A DNA stretch of 63,886 nucleotides, filler included, from Ionaspis alba (taxonomy: Eukaryota), in NCBI GenBank assembly GCA_964255285.1. It is 3 parts of 3 records of this genome, joined end to end, with 100 filler letters (N's around TTAATTAATTAA, not from the genome) between each part and the next. Parts side by side here need not be neighbours in the genome. Positions count along the whole stretch, not along the records: positions 1 to 21,273 come from CAXUUL010000226.1; positions 21,374 to 42,581 come from CAXUUL010000227.1; 1 more part is not named here. One strand, given 5' to 3'. The notes under the pieces are model-generated. The model worked only from the letters and a program-made list of their open reading frames with translations. It made no database searches and was not told the DNA's origin. How positions within the stretch are numbered: the stretch's first letter is position 1; each line of letters starts with the position of its first letter. This document shows positions 11,613 through 24,800 of the stretch, piece after piece. The translations under genes and the position numbers were made by a program.

Positions 11613-14600
11613 ATGGAGAGATCTATGGCGGCAAATGCAGACTCGAGCCNNNNNNNNNNNNNNNNNNNNNNNNNNNNNNNNNNNNNNNNNNNNNNNNNNN
11701 NNNNNNNNNNNNNNNNNNNNNNNNNNNNNNNNNNNNNNNNNNNNNNNNNATGGCGGCAAATGCAGACTCGAGCCCGTCGCCGAAGAGTGGAACGCCTCGA
11801 TCCCAATCGCCTCAACCACGACGAAGAGCACAGAAAGATCTTCTACAGCCACACCATGCCCTCAGCAATTCTCCTCTACGAACCGAACAGAGTATTGGCG
11901 ATACACAGAGTAAGGCTGCAAGATCCAATGGCGACTCGCCGAAGCCGACTCCGAGCTCTGTCAGGTTTGCGCCAATTACAGAAGGGTTTCCATTCAATAC
12001 GACGAGCATTCAAGATTCACTTGGTGGGTCACAAAACAGAGACTTCGGGGCCGCGATTGAGGATACAACTGTGAAAAAGCCTGTTCCCATTTTGACGAAT
12101 GGCACTACAGGTGGCTCCAGGGGCAGACGTGCCTCTGACACAGCTGTCATTGGGGACCGACATACTTCTGACACCATCGTGTCAGATGCTGGAGGTCCAT
12201 CTACGCCACCCGGCCGCCGTAGTGTTCAATTCGCTCGTCCTACTATCATGACCGAACGTGCAGATACATCTCAAGAAAAATCAGGTTTCTCAGTACGCGA
12301 TGATGTAGAAACTCCGGCGAAGGATCGCCGCGGAGGGTCGTTGATCTCCAAGTTGAGGGCTCTAGCAGGTTCCTCAAGCAGTCAAACGCACGTCCGAAGT
12401 CCAAGCAATTTCACCGTTGGTGGTGATTCGATTGATGAGAGGTTCGCTGTAGGGGTTCTGACTCCTGATTCAGACATGCAGCATGATCACTTCTCGGACA
12501 GTCCGCAGGAGGAAGACAGTGAAGTTGACGCTGATGGAGAGCAAAGTACGGCTGAAGATAGTGCTGAACAATCTGTCTTGAGGAACAAGCGGAGAAAGAG
12601 CAGAAGGCCACAGGATGGTGGAGCGCAAACCGCGCCAACAACTCCCAAGACTCCTTTCATGCGAGGAGGAAGACCATCCATCTTCTCATCTAATTCCAAC
12701 AACACACTTGACGGCAACAATCGTCTCGCGCTACCAAGACGAAGGACCATGACCGATATAGCGGCCGAGAGTCGTCAAGGTGTCTCAGAAGACGAAGGCC
12801 GTGACAGACTCTCCCGTGGTAGTCCGTGGCAGCGTGGTAATGCGTGGGTTCACGGTCCTCGTGGCATGAGCTACAGTGGTTCCCGCAAGCCAAACCAGCA
12901 AGGGCCGACTAGCGATCCACCCCGACCAAGCAACTTCAGACGTGCACTTACAGGATTTGGAGCATCCAGTGAGGGCCAAGACGGCTTTCCGTTCTCGCCA
13001 TGGAAGCGCAGTGGAGACCGTTCGTCGTCCTTCAGCGCCGCAAAATGGCGTTCGCTCATGGCGGGAATGAGGATGTTCAATACACGGCGCAAGCCCGAGA
13101 TCACACCTGACCATGTCAAGTCGGCTGAGTTACTTGCCGAGCTCACTGCAGGCGTTCCTGCTGCACTTATCCTCGCCAGTATGTTTCAACGGGACGAGCA
13201 TGGAAACAAGAGGATTCCAATACTGCTAGAGCAGCTAAAGCTAACCCTTACGGACAGCAAACAGGTGGACACCAAGTCGGGTGATCGTCATATGGTTTTT
13301 CGGATTGAGCTAGAGTACGGAAATGGACTTACACGGATGAAATGGGTGATTCATCGCTCTCTACGGGACTTTGCAAACCTGCACGCAAGATACAAATTGC
13401 AAATAAGCGCTCAGAAACTCATTCAGCTGAAGGGAGATGATGCACGAACAAAACTTCCACATTTCCCGAGGAGTGCTTTTCCATACTTAAGAGGCATTCG
13501 AGGGCTTGACAGTGAGTCCGAGGAAGAGGACGAGGCTGAAAATGAAGGGACAGCTCCTAGTGGGGGTGAAGCCAGCGGTACGGAGCGGCCTGCAAAACCG
13601 AGGAAAAGGAGATCGTCTTTGATTTTGCCGCGGCGCAAGTCGAGTGTTGTGGGTGATCTGGCGAACGCAGATGGTGCTGCTGGCACAATGACACGGAGAG
13701 ACCCCTACGCCGAAAGGCAACGTCGAAAGCTTGAAGTCTACCTCCAACGAATGATAAGATTCTCCATTTTCCGTCCTGAAAGCAACCGGTTGTGTAAATT
13801 TCTGGAACTCTCAGCTCTTGGAGTGCGCCTTGCTGCCGAAGGAAGTTACCACGGTAAAGAAGGACATTTGATATTACAGTCTGGGCGAGGCGTCGACTTC
13901 CGAAAGGCTTGGAAGCCATCACTGATCAAAGGACGGCATGGACCGAAGTGGTTTCTTGTGCGCCACAGCTATATTGTTTGCGTGGATTCTCCTCAAGAAA
14001 TGAACATATACGACGTCTTCCTGGTCGACTCTGATTTCTCAATCGCGGCGAAAAAGAAACGAATACCAATACGAGAACAGAACCCCAAAGAGCTTGCGAA
14101 GATTGCCAAGGAGTCCGCCACTCACCCACAGCATCATCGATTGAAGCTCTCGAACTCCGAGCGGGAATTCAAGTTAATCGCGAAGAACGAACGTCAGCTT
14201 GGACAGTTTGAAGACTCTATTCGTTTCATGGCTTCAAATACTCCATGGATACTCAAGAATCGATTTGACAGCTTTGCTCCTGTAAGATCTAATGTCTTTG
14301 CACAATGGCTAGTAGATGGACGAGATTATATGTGGAATGTTTCCCGAGCTATCAGCATGGCTAAAGATGTGATCTACATCCATGACTGGTGGCTAAGCCC
14401 CGAGCTTTACATGCGAAGACCAGCAGCCATTAGTCAGAAATGGCGTTTGGATCGACTGCTGAAGCGCAAAGCCGAAGAAGGCGTAAAAGTCTTTGTGATC
14501 ATGTATAGGAACATTCAATCTGCTATTCCGATCGACTCGGAGTACTCAAAGTTCTCGCTTTTGGATTTGCACGCAAATGTCTTCGTTCAAAGATCGCCCA

Positions 14601-17426
14601 ACCAAATCCGGCAAGGAACGTTCTTCTGGGCTCACCATGAAAAGATCTGCATCGTAGACCACATGATCGCTTTCGTCGGTGGCATTGACCTATGCTTTGG
14701 ACGATGGGACACTCCTCAGCATGTCGTTGTGGATGACAAGTTGACAGGATTCGAAGAGGCGAATATGCCCAAAGATGCTGATCACTGCCAGCTCTGGCCT
14801 GGAAAGGATTACTCCAATCCGAGGGTGCAGGATTTCTATGCTCTGGACAAGCCATACGAGGAGATGTACGATCGATCAAAGATTCCACGGATGCCATGGC
14901 ATGATATCTCAATGCAAGTTGTCGGTCAACCTGCTCGTGATCTCACAAGACATTTCGTGCAAAGGTGGAATTATGTCCTGAGACAGCGAAGACCTACTCG
15001 GCCTACTCCTTTCCTTCTGCCACCTCCTGACTTCAACCCGGCTGATCTGGAAGCTCTTGGGCTTGATGGCACTTGCGAGGTTCAAATCCTACGCTCGTGC
15101 TGCATGTGGTCAATGGGCACGCCTGCTCGAACCGAGCACAGCATTATGAATGCTTACATCAAAATGATACAGCAGTCCGATCATTTCGTCTACATTGAGA
15201 ACCAATTCTTCATTAGCAGCACAAAAATCGAGAACACGATCATTGAGAATACGATTGGAGATGCCCTTGTCGAACGAATAGTTCGAGCCTCGAAGAACAA
15301 CGAAAGCTGGCGAGCTATCATTATGATTCCACTGATGCCGGGATTCCAAAACACTGTTGACAGCCAGGACGGCACTAGCGTCCGACTGATCATGCAATGC
15401 CAATTTCGAAGCATTAATCGAGGGCCACTTTCAATTTTTGGCCGACTTCGTGCCGAAGGGATTGAGCCAGAGGACTATATCCAGTTCTACAGCCTGAGGT
15501 CCTGGGGGAAGATAGGACCAACACAAGAACTTGTTACAGAACAGCTCTATATACATGCCAAGTGTATGGTCGTAGACGATAGGATCGCTATCATTGGATC
15601 AGCCAATATTAACGAACGTTCCATGCTTGGCAGCCGTGACTCGGAATGCGCGGCTGTGGTGAGAGATACGGACATGTTGTGGTCTACTATGAACGGTGAA
15701 CCATACTTAGTCGGCCGCTTTCCACACACTCTTCGCATGCGTCTCATGCGTGAACATCTTGGTGTTGATGTCGACAAAGTCATGGAAGATGAGAGACAAG
15801 AACACATTGATGAAGAGACCCAGCAGTGGGAACGTGATATGGACATGTTTCATGGAGAAGTTGAAGACCCGCAAGCAACAGACGCTGATCGAGAAGCCGA
15901 ACGCCGCTTGGTCGATTCAAAGCACAGAATACAAGACGAGCTGCTTGCCAAATCCGAAGACATGCGAAGTTTCAATCACGATGTTGACTGGGAAGAAGCC
16001 GACAACCCCAACTTGATATCTTCGAAAAGTCTTACAACAGACCCTCGTGTCATGGGAAATGCTGAGCACCGCAAGGACGTTGACGGAGAAGGTCCAGATC
16101 ACATGAAACGTGGGCCAGCCTTCCAGTCCAAGAGGGGTCGAGATACTCGTGGTCCTATAGGGACCACCAGTCCTGATGCAGATGCGGTCCAAGCTGACCG
16201 TAGCGGTATACCTACAGCAAAGAATGAATCGCCCATGAGATCACCAGAACGAGATCGTGCTGAGGACAAATTTGTGCCCCTTCCTCCACCCCATCTGCCC
16301 CGAATGTCGACTGCTCAGGCAGGTCTTCCGATGCTATCCCAACTACCTACGTTACCAAAGACTGACGATACTGATATTGGGGGTCCGTCAATCCAGCGGA
16401 TGTTTTCCAAGAAGACTCCGGTCACTGTCAGTGCCTCTATCGCGGACATCAAACGGCCTGTTGTCGACCAAGACTGTATGCGAGATCCTCTCAATGATTC
16501 CTTCTTCATAGATACGTGGCACACTGTTGCCGAGAATAACACAAAGCTCTTCCGAACCGTCTTTCGCTGTATGCCTGACAACGAGGTCAAAAATTGGAAA
16601 GAGTATAAAGAGTATGCGGCTTATGCCGAGAGATTTTCGCAGGCTCAAGGAGGTGGCAAAAGTACGGAACGTGCACAGCAAGAAGCGCCTGGTAGCTCAG
16701 GTCCACCTGGAATTGGTATCGCGACCACCAAACCACGCGCTCATGGACACAAGGGCGAGAAGTTCGGAAGTAACGAGAAGGAAGGACAATCTCTTAGCGG
16801 AAAACTCATGGACGGTCTTCCTCAGAAGAACCACAACAACAACCATCCTCTGGGTAAAGTGGAGGAGTGGGCCGAAAAAGCCACTCGAGATGAACAAGAA
16901 AGGCATGCTAAAGAGAGCATGGAACAACTTCCTAATCACGGAGCCGAGCTCGACGAGAAAGTGCGAATCTCCAACGACCATCCGAAGGACTTGACTCATC
17001 CTTACAGCAAAACCTCAAATCAAGACCCAGAGAAATGTGGTAAGGCTAATGTTCCGGCCACTGCGATGCCAGTCGATGTAGTAAATACAGCTGTCGTCAC
17101 CCAGACAAGGAAGAGGAGAACGACCACACGAAGCTCGAGGAGAGAGTTTCATGCAAGTGACGACATGATCCAGCCTGCTGATGCTCAAGAGGTTTTGAAG
17201 ATGGTGCAAGGCCATCTGATACTTTGGCCGTACGACTGGTACGTACTCCAACTTCTATCCAGGCAACTGAGTTCTACTAATCAATGCCTATGTATAGGTT
17301 AGAGAAGGAAGAGGAAGGCGGCAATTGGCTTTACAACATCGACCAATTGGCTCCGCTGGAGATTTAGTGGGTCACACCTGATCCTTAAATACTCAATGTC
17401 AACTGCTAACAGATTCCAGCAACTAA
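11613..17426 (+). CDS. SPO14: Phospholipase D1 (Spo14-like)
   Basis: Two HKD motifs (HHEKICIVD; YIHAKCMVVD...IGSANIN), PX/PH-like region, RMPWHD, FVYIENQFF. Last exons ...WPYDW/LEKEEEGGNWLYNIDQLAPLEI-YN*. Start codon uncertain; the N gap closes by a 25-nt overlap. Confidence 0.95.
11650..11749. other. 100-N assembly gap with 25-nt duplicated flanks
   Basis: ATGGCGGCAAATGCAGACTCGAGCC is at 11625-11649 and 11750-11774. Confidence 0.95.
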
Positions 17427-17506
17427 TACTTCAATTCTGAGACCTGTGATATATTTCTGTACATATCTTCGGACTTGGTTTGGGGTATTGATGGGCGTCT
17501 TTGGAT

Positions 17507-17606
17507 NNNNNNNNNNNNNNNNNNNNNNNNNNNNNNNNNNNNNNNNNNNNNNNNNNNNNNNNNNNNNNNNNNNNNNNNNNNNNNNNNNNNNNNNNNNNNN
17601 NNNNNN
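17507..17606. other. 100-N assembly gap
   Basis: Run of N; no flank duplication seen. Confidence 0.95.
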
Positions 17607-17626
17607 TCCAGCATCTTGCATATAGC

Positions 17627-19026
17627 ATGATAGCTGCGCGTCATGGTCTTCCAAGACTCCATCCACGATCTCTCCTGAGTGGTTGCCGGCAAGCAGCCCG
17701 CTTGATTAACAATGGTCTGCACATAGTTTTCTCCCCAAAACCAACAAGTACACTAATAAAAAGTTGCTACAGCTGCTATCTCCACTACGATATCCCCCGC
17801 CTTTCTAGGGAGGGCCCGCTCTATAAACGCCGAGCACGCCGAGCTGTCCCGCCAGTTAGCCCAAAGCTACGATGTGAAGACCGCCAAAAAAGTCGGCGAG
17901 CTGGCGCCGACGGCCACGACCTTACAAGAATGGGAGAAAACAAACAACGTAATCCTCTACCTTAAGCCAAGTTAATATTGCCACACCAGCTAATCGATCC
18001 ACTTCACAGTCCCTCACCGAGCTCCAATCCCTCCTCGCCGACCCAACCACCGACCCCGACCTCCGCACCCTCGCCCTCGACGACCTCGCCCCAACAACCT
18101 CGCAGCTAACAGCCCTTTCCACCCGTCTCAAAACCTCTCTCCTCCCTCCTCACCCTTTCGCCCACCTCCCCTGCCTCCTCGAGCTCCGCCCCGGCGCAGG
18201 CGGCTCCGAAGCCGCCCTCTTCACCGGCGACCTCCTGCGCATGTACCAAGCCTACTGCAAGCGGCACTCATTGCGCGCCACACTCCTGAAGATCGAAGAA
18301 GCCGAAGGAGTAGGCTCGGAACACCTGATCTCGGAAGCCGTGCTCGAGATCGAGACCGAAGGGGCGTACGGGCTGCTCCGGGGCGAGGCGGGCGTCCACC
18401 GGGTGCAGCGCGTGCCGGCGACCGAGACGAAAGGAAGGACGCACACGAGCGCGGTGAGCGTGCTCATGTTGCCGAGTTTTCCCGCACAGGGGAGGGAGGA
18501 TCTGGGGGAAAGTGGGTGGGATGATCCTGAGAGTGATTACTACATCAATGTGAAAGACGTGCGGACGGATGTGATGCGCGCTCGGGGCGCTGGGGGCCAG
18601 CATGTCAATACGACGGATTCGGCGGTGCGGTTGACGCATTTGCCGACGGGGACGGTGGTGGCGATTCAGGATTCGAGGAGCCAGATGAGGAATCGGGAGA
18701 AGGCTTGGACGTTGTTGCGGGCGAGGTTGGCGCAGGCGAGGAGGGAGAAGAGGGAGGAGGAGATGGCGAGGTTGAGGGTTAGTGTTATTGGGGTTGCGAG
18801 GATGGGGAGGGGCGATAAGGTTAGGACTTATAATTGGGGGCAGCAGAGGGTTACGGATCATAGGTGCGGGGTTACGGTACATGATTTGGATGGGGTCATG
18901 GCGGGAGGGCCGGGGTTGGATACGGTTATGGATGGGGTAAGGGGGTGGTTGACTGAAAGGGCGTTGGAGGCGTTGGCGGCCGATGAGGTTGTAGATGGGA
19001 AGGCGGTGGAGAAAGTAGGAGGGTGA
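17627..19026 (+). CDS. MRF1: Mitochondrial peptide chain release factor 1 (multi-exon; the start may lie in the upstream gap)
   Basis: LELRPGAGGSEAALF, GEAGVHRVQRVPATE (PxT motif), RARGAGGQHVNTTDSAVR (GGQ), KVRTYNW...RVTDHR; GT-AG introns near 17714-17763 and 17949-18009. Confidence 0.92.
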
Positions 19027-19284
19027 AGACTGGGATTGCTCTCTCATAGAAGTGAATCTAGACTATTGAAACAATGAGTTGGTTTTGAGATCACACCTTT
19101 TGAAGGAGCTTGAGGCGAGATTTGAATATGGTGCGAGGTATAGCCAGTTCTTTAGCATGATTTTTCCGAGTGTTTATGCTTCTCTCCCTTTGATGCTAAT
19201 GCCGATTGAAGCAAACCTTGTCGCCATATCTAGCCATCCATCAAGTATATATTTCACAAGAAGTTGCCATCCTAACCTCGTAGA

Positions 19285-21273
19285 TCAGTATCCCATCGCC
19301 AGAGGCAGTAATTTCTTGAAGTTTGGTGTCCCATATCCAGTGACTGGATCCCAGCCGGGCGTCGCGTTCCAGCTTGCGTAGGGAACAATTGGCGTAGAAA
19401 GACCTGAGTAGATATCACGGCCAGTACAACCGGCTGATCCACCGTCGACAATATCGGTAAGTCCGTGACGCCCGACGGAGTAGATCCAGGGGTTCAGGAA
19501 TCCGAGTGGGCGTCTTCCTGCCGAGAGGCGAGCACTATTCAGGAGGGCAATGACGCCAGCGAACGTGGGAGATGAAGCACTGCAAGATCATTTCAGCAAT
19601 GAGGCTGAAGTCCACGGGAAGTTTTCTTACCTAGTACCAGCGACTGGTATGACGGTCTTGGCGTCGACGACGCTGAAGTTGTAGCTGCGAAGTCGTCAGC
19701 CTCCGATGCTGCCCTTCGAATAGAGCTAGATCACTCACGCTTGTGCCGCCACGTCAGGGAATCCTCGACCAGCTGGATTGTACAGACCTTTCCAACGCGG
19801 GCCGAGGATTTTGAGATACTCCTTGACGGCAGCATCCTGGTAGGCTGGCCTCGGGAAATGGTCTGAGAACCCGCCGGAGGAAAAGCGGATGGCTCGCTCG
19901 GGCTGTACATGGTAGGTTCCGCCGACAGCTGTAACGAAAGGACATGCAGCTGGGAAGATGGGCAGGAAGCGAGTGGTGTTCTTGCCGTCGTTGGTCTGGC
20001 ATGCACTTCCGACTCCAGTATCACCGCTCGAGAAGAGGACGGATACACCTCGGGCGCCGAGTTGAGCGAAGAGGTTGCAGGTACTATAATCTGTGAGAAA
20101 CGAGGCTCTTCGAGGAGAACGAGTGGAACTTACGCATTAGCATAGGACGCAGGTACACTTTGTTCATCCTCACCGTACGAAGTCGTCAAGGTCTTTGGGA
20201 GCTCACTGTCAGGCAACTTGATGATATAGTGCAGGAAGTCGAGATATGGCTCGTTCTGATTTTTCGATAGGTCTGGTTGGTCCAAGTCCGGGACGAGCTC
20301 GCCAAGTCCGCCTGTGCTATAGTACGTGGTCGGAGTGAGGTAAGATAAAGACATGGCATATTGAACATCCACTGACTAGTGTCAGTACAGCGAGTCAATT
20401 GAGGCCATCAGAGAAGATATCATACAGTTGGCCTCAACATCGTTGTCAGTGCTATTTTGATAGTCTTTTCCACCGTTGATAAGAACATAGGTGAAGTTGT
20501 TCAGTTTAGGATCCTGCTCCGGAGCGAATAGTTGTAGAAATTGGGCGAGATCCGAGTATTTGGCATATTGCTTGAGATAGCCACAAATACCAAGCTTGTT
20601 GCCTATCAACCATAAGTCAAAGTAGCGAATTCTGCACCAATGGTTTTCCTACCGTTATGAGGGTCAGCCTTGTAATCTCCAATCTTGTACAGCTCTCGTA
20701 GGCAAGCTGGAGTGATGGTGGTATTGCAGAAAGTAGCGTTGAGGCCGGATTGGTGTTTTTTGAAGTATGGCTTTGCTTCTGCCAAGTCTACACCTGATCC
20801 CATTTTGAGACTTGTAGAACGCTTTGGCTGAAGTTGACCAAATCGAATCGTAGGCTGTATCATCTGAACGTACTGCTGGATGTTCGCTGGTACCGAATAT
20901 TGAAGTGTGCGGACTCGTCTCTCCTTATTTACTGAGTTGGTGTAGTAGTAGAACCTATAGGGCAAATCAGCACAGTTCATTGTCCTGGTGAAGGACTGAA
21001 AAGGAAGACCAACTTGGTATCCATGAGCTTCTCCGCCTCAGCAGTAGTAATGTAGATGTTGATCCAGTCTCCGTCATCTTCGATATTCTCGGAAGTAAGT
21101 CCTTCACCTTCTAGCCATCCTGTGATTGCCGCTGTGGCCTCAGAGCTAGGACGAAGAGCTCTCTTCAGGTCCTGGTGTGACATGTGCTGGCCATATTTTG
21201 GATGGCCTGGAGTTGAGATATCAATGACATGCTGCTCAAATTCAAAAGCATTCTGCAGCTTCAGGGCAATTCG
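19285..21273 (-). CDS. Tripeptidyl-peptidase / sedolisin (S53), 5' end truncated by contig boundary
   Basis: Pro-domain ([13 protein letters not shown]), [11 protein letters not shown], catalytic EANLD, SSGDTG, GTSASSP (split by an intron), [11 protein letters not shown]-terminal [13 protein letters not shown]...GY*. Confidence 0.93.
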
Positions 21274-21373
21274 NNNNNNNNNNNNNNNNNNNNNNNNNNN
21301 NNNNNNNNNNNNNNNNNTTAATTAATTAANNNNNNNNNNNNNNNNNNNNNNNNNNNNNNNNNNNNNNNNNNNN
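21274..21373. other. Artificial contig linker (N44-TTAATTAATTAA-N44)
   Basis: 12-mer with stops in all six frames at 21318-21329, flanked by exactly 44 N on each side; the same construct recurs at 42582-42681. Confidence 0.95.
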
Positions 21374-21472
21374 GGGCCATTCCCTGGTGTTCGGTGGGAA
21401 ACGGGGGGGGTTTGGCGGGGGGGGGGCAGGGGCGGGGGTGAGGGGTTGGAGGGTGGAGCGGAGGACGTCCAT
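21374..21472 (-). CDS. Possible 5' fragment of an MPDU1/PQ-loop-like gene running off the contig end
   Basis: Minus strand ATG at 21472 reads MDVLRSTLQPLT, resembling my recollection of fungal MPDU1 N-termini; it then degrades into homopolymer-rich contig-end sequence. Confidence 0.3.
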
Positions 21473-21895
21473 TATGGGGAGGTTTTGAGGGTGATGTGCG
21501 CGCGCGTGTGTGAAATGGCCGTGGAGTTGTGAGTGGTGAGTGGTTGCTATATTGTGTTCGTTGTCGCTTACGTTCTAAGGGTAAGCTGCCTGGCCGGCCC
21601 TGGCCACTCCTCACTCCCCACAAGAATTTTCTAGGCTGGCCTTCTTCAGGCGGATTCCATTCATCCTCTGAATGATCATTTCTAGTATGTAAGACTGGTG
21701 AAAGCTTCTCGATTAATTTAGCAGCCAGTTCGTCTGGAGGACTCGGCCACGCTAGATTACAAAAAGGTAATGGCATACTGATACAAAGCCACTGAAGTCT
21801 ATTTATTACCTGCACCCCGCCGTGGGAGAGCCGTTCTCTGCGCCTTGGCATGTGATGCTGGGACCGCTATAGTCATACAATCCTTGACAAGAACT

Positions 21896-24800
21896 CTAGT
21901 CTTCTCCACCCTCAGTATCGTATTCGAACTCCCGTGGGACGTCCGCCTCTTCCGCCCCCTCACCATCTTCGTCAACTGCATTGAGCACGCCGACGGCTTC
22001 TGCTGCTCCACTAGTCTCTGCACCCGCATCTGCAGGATTGAAGGCATTGTTGATGCGATCCTGTAGCGTCTGGGGAGCTGCTGCAGATTTGGTATTCTTC
22101 TTTGCCTTCATCTCCATGAGAGACTTAGGTTCCGAGGGATTTGTGTCGGTTACGAGGATAACACCTCCAGTAGGCTACGATGCGATTGTTAGCTTGAGCC
22201 AAGATGTAGATGAATAGGGATATCGTACCTTCTTGACAGGCTCGTATCTCTGGTCAGGGAAGCTAATAAACTTCAACTGAGCGAGAAGCACTCTGGACAT
22301 GTTCTCCATCTCATAGCCGACCTTCTCCTTCTCCATTTTCTTTTTCAAGCCTTCATGCGGAGCCGCTGGTTTGCCATCTTCGCCCTCCTTCCCTGAACTG
22401 TCAGCCTTCTCCCCATCTTTCTTCTCACCTTCGGATTTGACAGCAGGCTCATCTGTATCCATCTTATCATCGATATTGCCTATCTTGGGCGTTGTTGGGG
22501 TCTGATCGATGTCCATGCTTTCACGCCGCTGCTGTTTCTCCTTCTTCTGGGCCCGGCGTTTGGCTTGAGCTGTGGTGGAGAGAACTGCAGTCTTCACCTT
22601 TTCTGGTGCGTCTTCCACTTTTGCCTCCTGTTCAGGAGGGTAATCGAAGAGACTTGGGCGTGTAGCGCTGTGAAACTTGAAGCTTGGGACCTCAAGATCC
22701 TGATCAACAGCAATGACTGCCGTCGGTGTAAAGCTAAGAGACAAGAAATGTGTAAGAGGAAACCAATACCAGTATTGGGTGAAGACTGCCATGCCGACTA
22801 TGCCCGCCATGTTAAGATTGCCTGTTTGCGTCTGAAGACTTATTGTGCAGTTCCTTCCTCCAGCGTCAATGATCCCAAGAGATACTGCGCTACCGAATTT
22901 GGTCATGGCATCTTCGTGACGATCGCCAATGGCTTTCTGCAAAGTCTTGCGAATCGTGCCAACTTTGGGGTTCATGGCTTCATTCTGCTGAACCATGATC
23001 ATGGAGAGAGCGATCAGAGCACCTTGCCGAACAAAGTCTGTAGGGTCTTTGATCATGGGTTCCAAGAGGTCGATTGCTTCATCCAGCCCCGTCCCCGCAC
23101 AAGATATGCCCAATGCCATGGCCGCACCATATCGAACGTGAGGATTGTAGGACTCAGAGAGTAATTCGACCATGCGAGGAACGCTATTGGGCTTGCGGAA
23201 AAGGATGAACCCAAGACTCATTACTGCGATTCTGCGAACGTCATCACTGACATCACTAACAGCCACATGCAGTAGCTTTCGAACAGCTTTGTTGCTGCCA
23301 GTACCACAGTACGCCAACATGAGGGTTTGAATACCACCGTATCGCAGGATTGGATCTGGATCTTCAAGCAGACCGTTGACGAGCTCGTCAGCGGCTTCTT
23401 GTCGACCATACATGATCAGGGCCATTCCAAGAGCTAGACCACGAACAATTTTTTCATGCGAAGTTTCGTGAGCGTAGGTGATCATTTCTTCGAGGGCCTG
23501 AATATTGCCTGTGCCAAGCATAATGAGACCCATGGCTATTCCAACTGCTTCTCCGTTGAGTGCTGAGTCGGAGTATAAAGCAGCCCGGAGGTCCAGGTAG
23601 ATACCCTCGTCGCCAGTAGCCATTCCCGCGACTCCCAGACCGAGCGCACCGCCATGCTTGACAACCTCTTCCTCGGTCTCTTTGAAATGGCCTCGAATCA
23701 GATCTAATGCGACCGTTTCATGGTTTGCATATATTAATCCAAGAGCATAAAGCGAACCGCCCTGGCTATATGCAGAGCCGGTATTTGCACCTTCCATTTG
23801 CCTTTTTGGGAGGTATGGCTCAAGGAGCTTCTGGCCCTGCCCAAGGTTTCCTCTATGTATGACTCCCAGAGCTGCGGTAGCAGTAAACTTCGACCAGTTG
23901 ACGGCCTTCCCGAGCCACTCTAGGTTATCTCGGAAGAATCGATCATTGGTGGTACCAGCGTGCATGAAAGCATTGGCTAAAGTGACTGCAGTATGGAAGA
24001 TGGAGTTCCGCGCTTCTAAGCTATCCTTGAGCTTATTGAGAATGTGCTTGTCGGTGCGATTATTCCGATACAAGAACTCCAAATTGAGCTCGATTGTTTT
24101 GGTACCTCTAAGAATATCTCCTATTGACTCGAAAGCTTTCTGTTCCTCTTTTGATAGCTTGTCCCACTCAACATGAGGTCCTTCGGATGATGTCGCCTGT
24201 GCATCCGTGGAGTCATTCAGTTCTTGTAGCAGTTGGTCCGACTCTTGTGCGTGTCCGCCGCTGTCGTCTTCCATTCTCTCCGAAGGTGGTGGCTGCTCGG
24301 TAGTATCCTTCTTCGCAACTGGAGCCGCGGGTATGCTCTCGCGGACCTTTTTTAGAAACTCTTGGGTGCTATTGTCGTACATGTCAAACGCTATCTGATA
24401 TGCAATAGCCAACGACTTCGGGTCGTCCTTCCTGACTAGACGAAGAAGCACGTCCGAGGCCATCGCGTGCTCGTTGAGGTATACAATACATTTAGCGATG
24501 GAGAAGTATTCAGGGGACGGCAACTCCTTCAAAAGATCGAGGATCAGCCGAAGTATCTGCAGTAGGATTTGCGTCAGTGTAATGTTTTCAGTATTGGATG
24601 TGGCACGTGAATTCTCACCTCATTCCGTAGACCACGTTCTTGTATGACCCCCATACAGATGTCTAGAACATACTCCATAAGCTCCTCACCTTGTTCCACA
24701 GTCTCATCCTTAGAGGGTTTCTTGCTCTTGGCTTGATCTTTGCTAGCCCTCAAAATTGCCTGGCGCAGCTTCTCCAAATTCCGTGCCTCCACAGCAATGC

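Noticed and set aside
11625..11774. Direct repeats around N gaps as transposon target-site duplications
   Set aside because: They are 25-55 nt, flank fixed 100-N placeholders and collapse into intact reading frames, which fits unmerged contig overlaps.
18268..19047. 259-aa Pro/Arg/His-rich minus-strand ORF
   Set aside because: Antisense shadow of the G-rich MRF1 coding sequence.
21318..21329. TTAATTAATTAA palindrome as a biological site (also 42626-42637)
   Set aside because: Symmetric N padding and stops in all six frames identify it as a synthetic linker.
21390..21462. G-run cluster as a G-quadruplex element
   Set aside because: It sits at a contig end where homopolymer and poly-G read errors are common and it corrupts a probable coding start; sequence reliability is too low.
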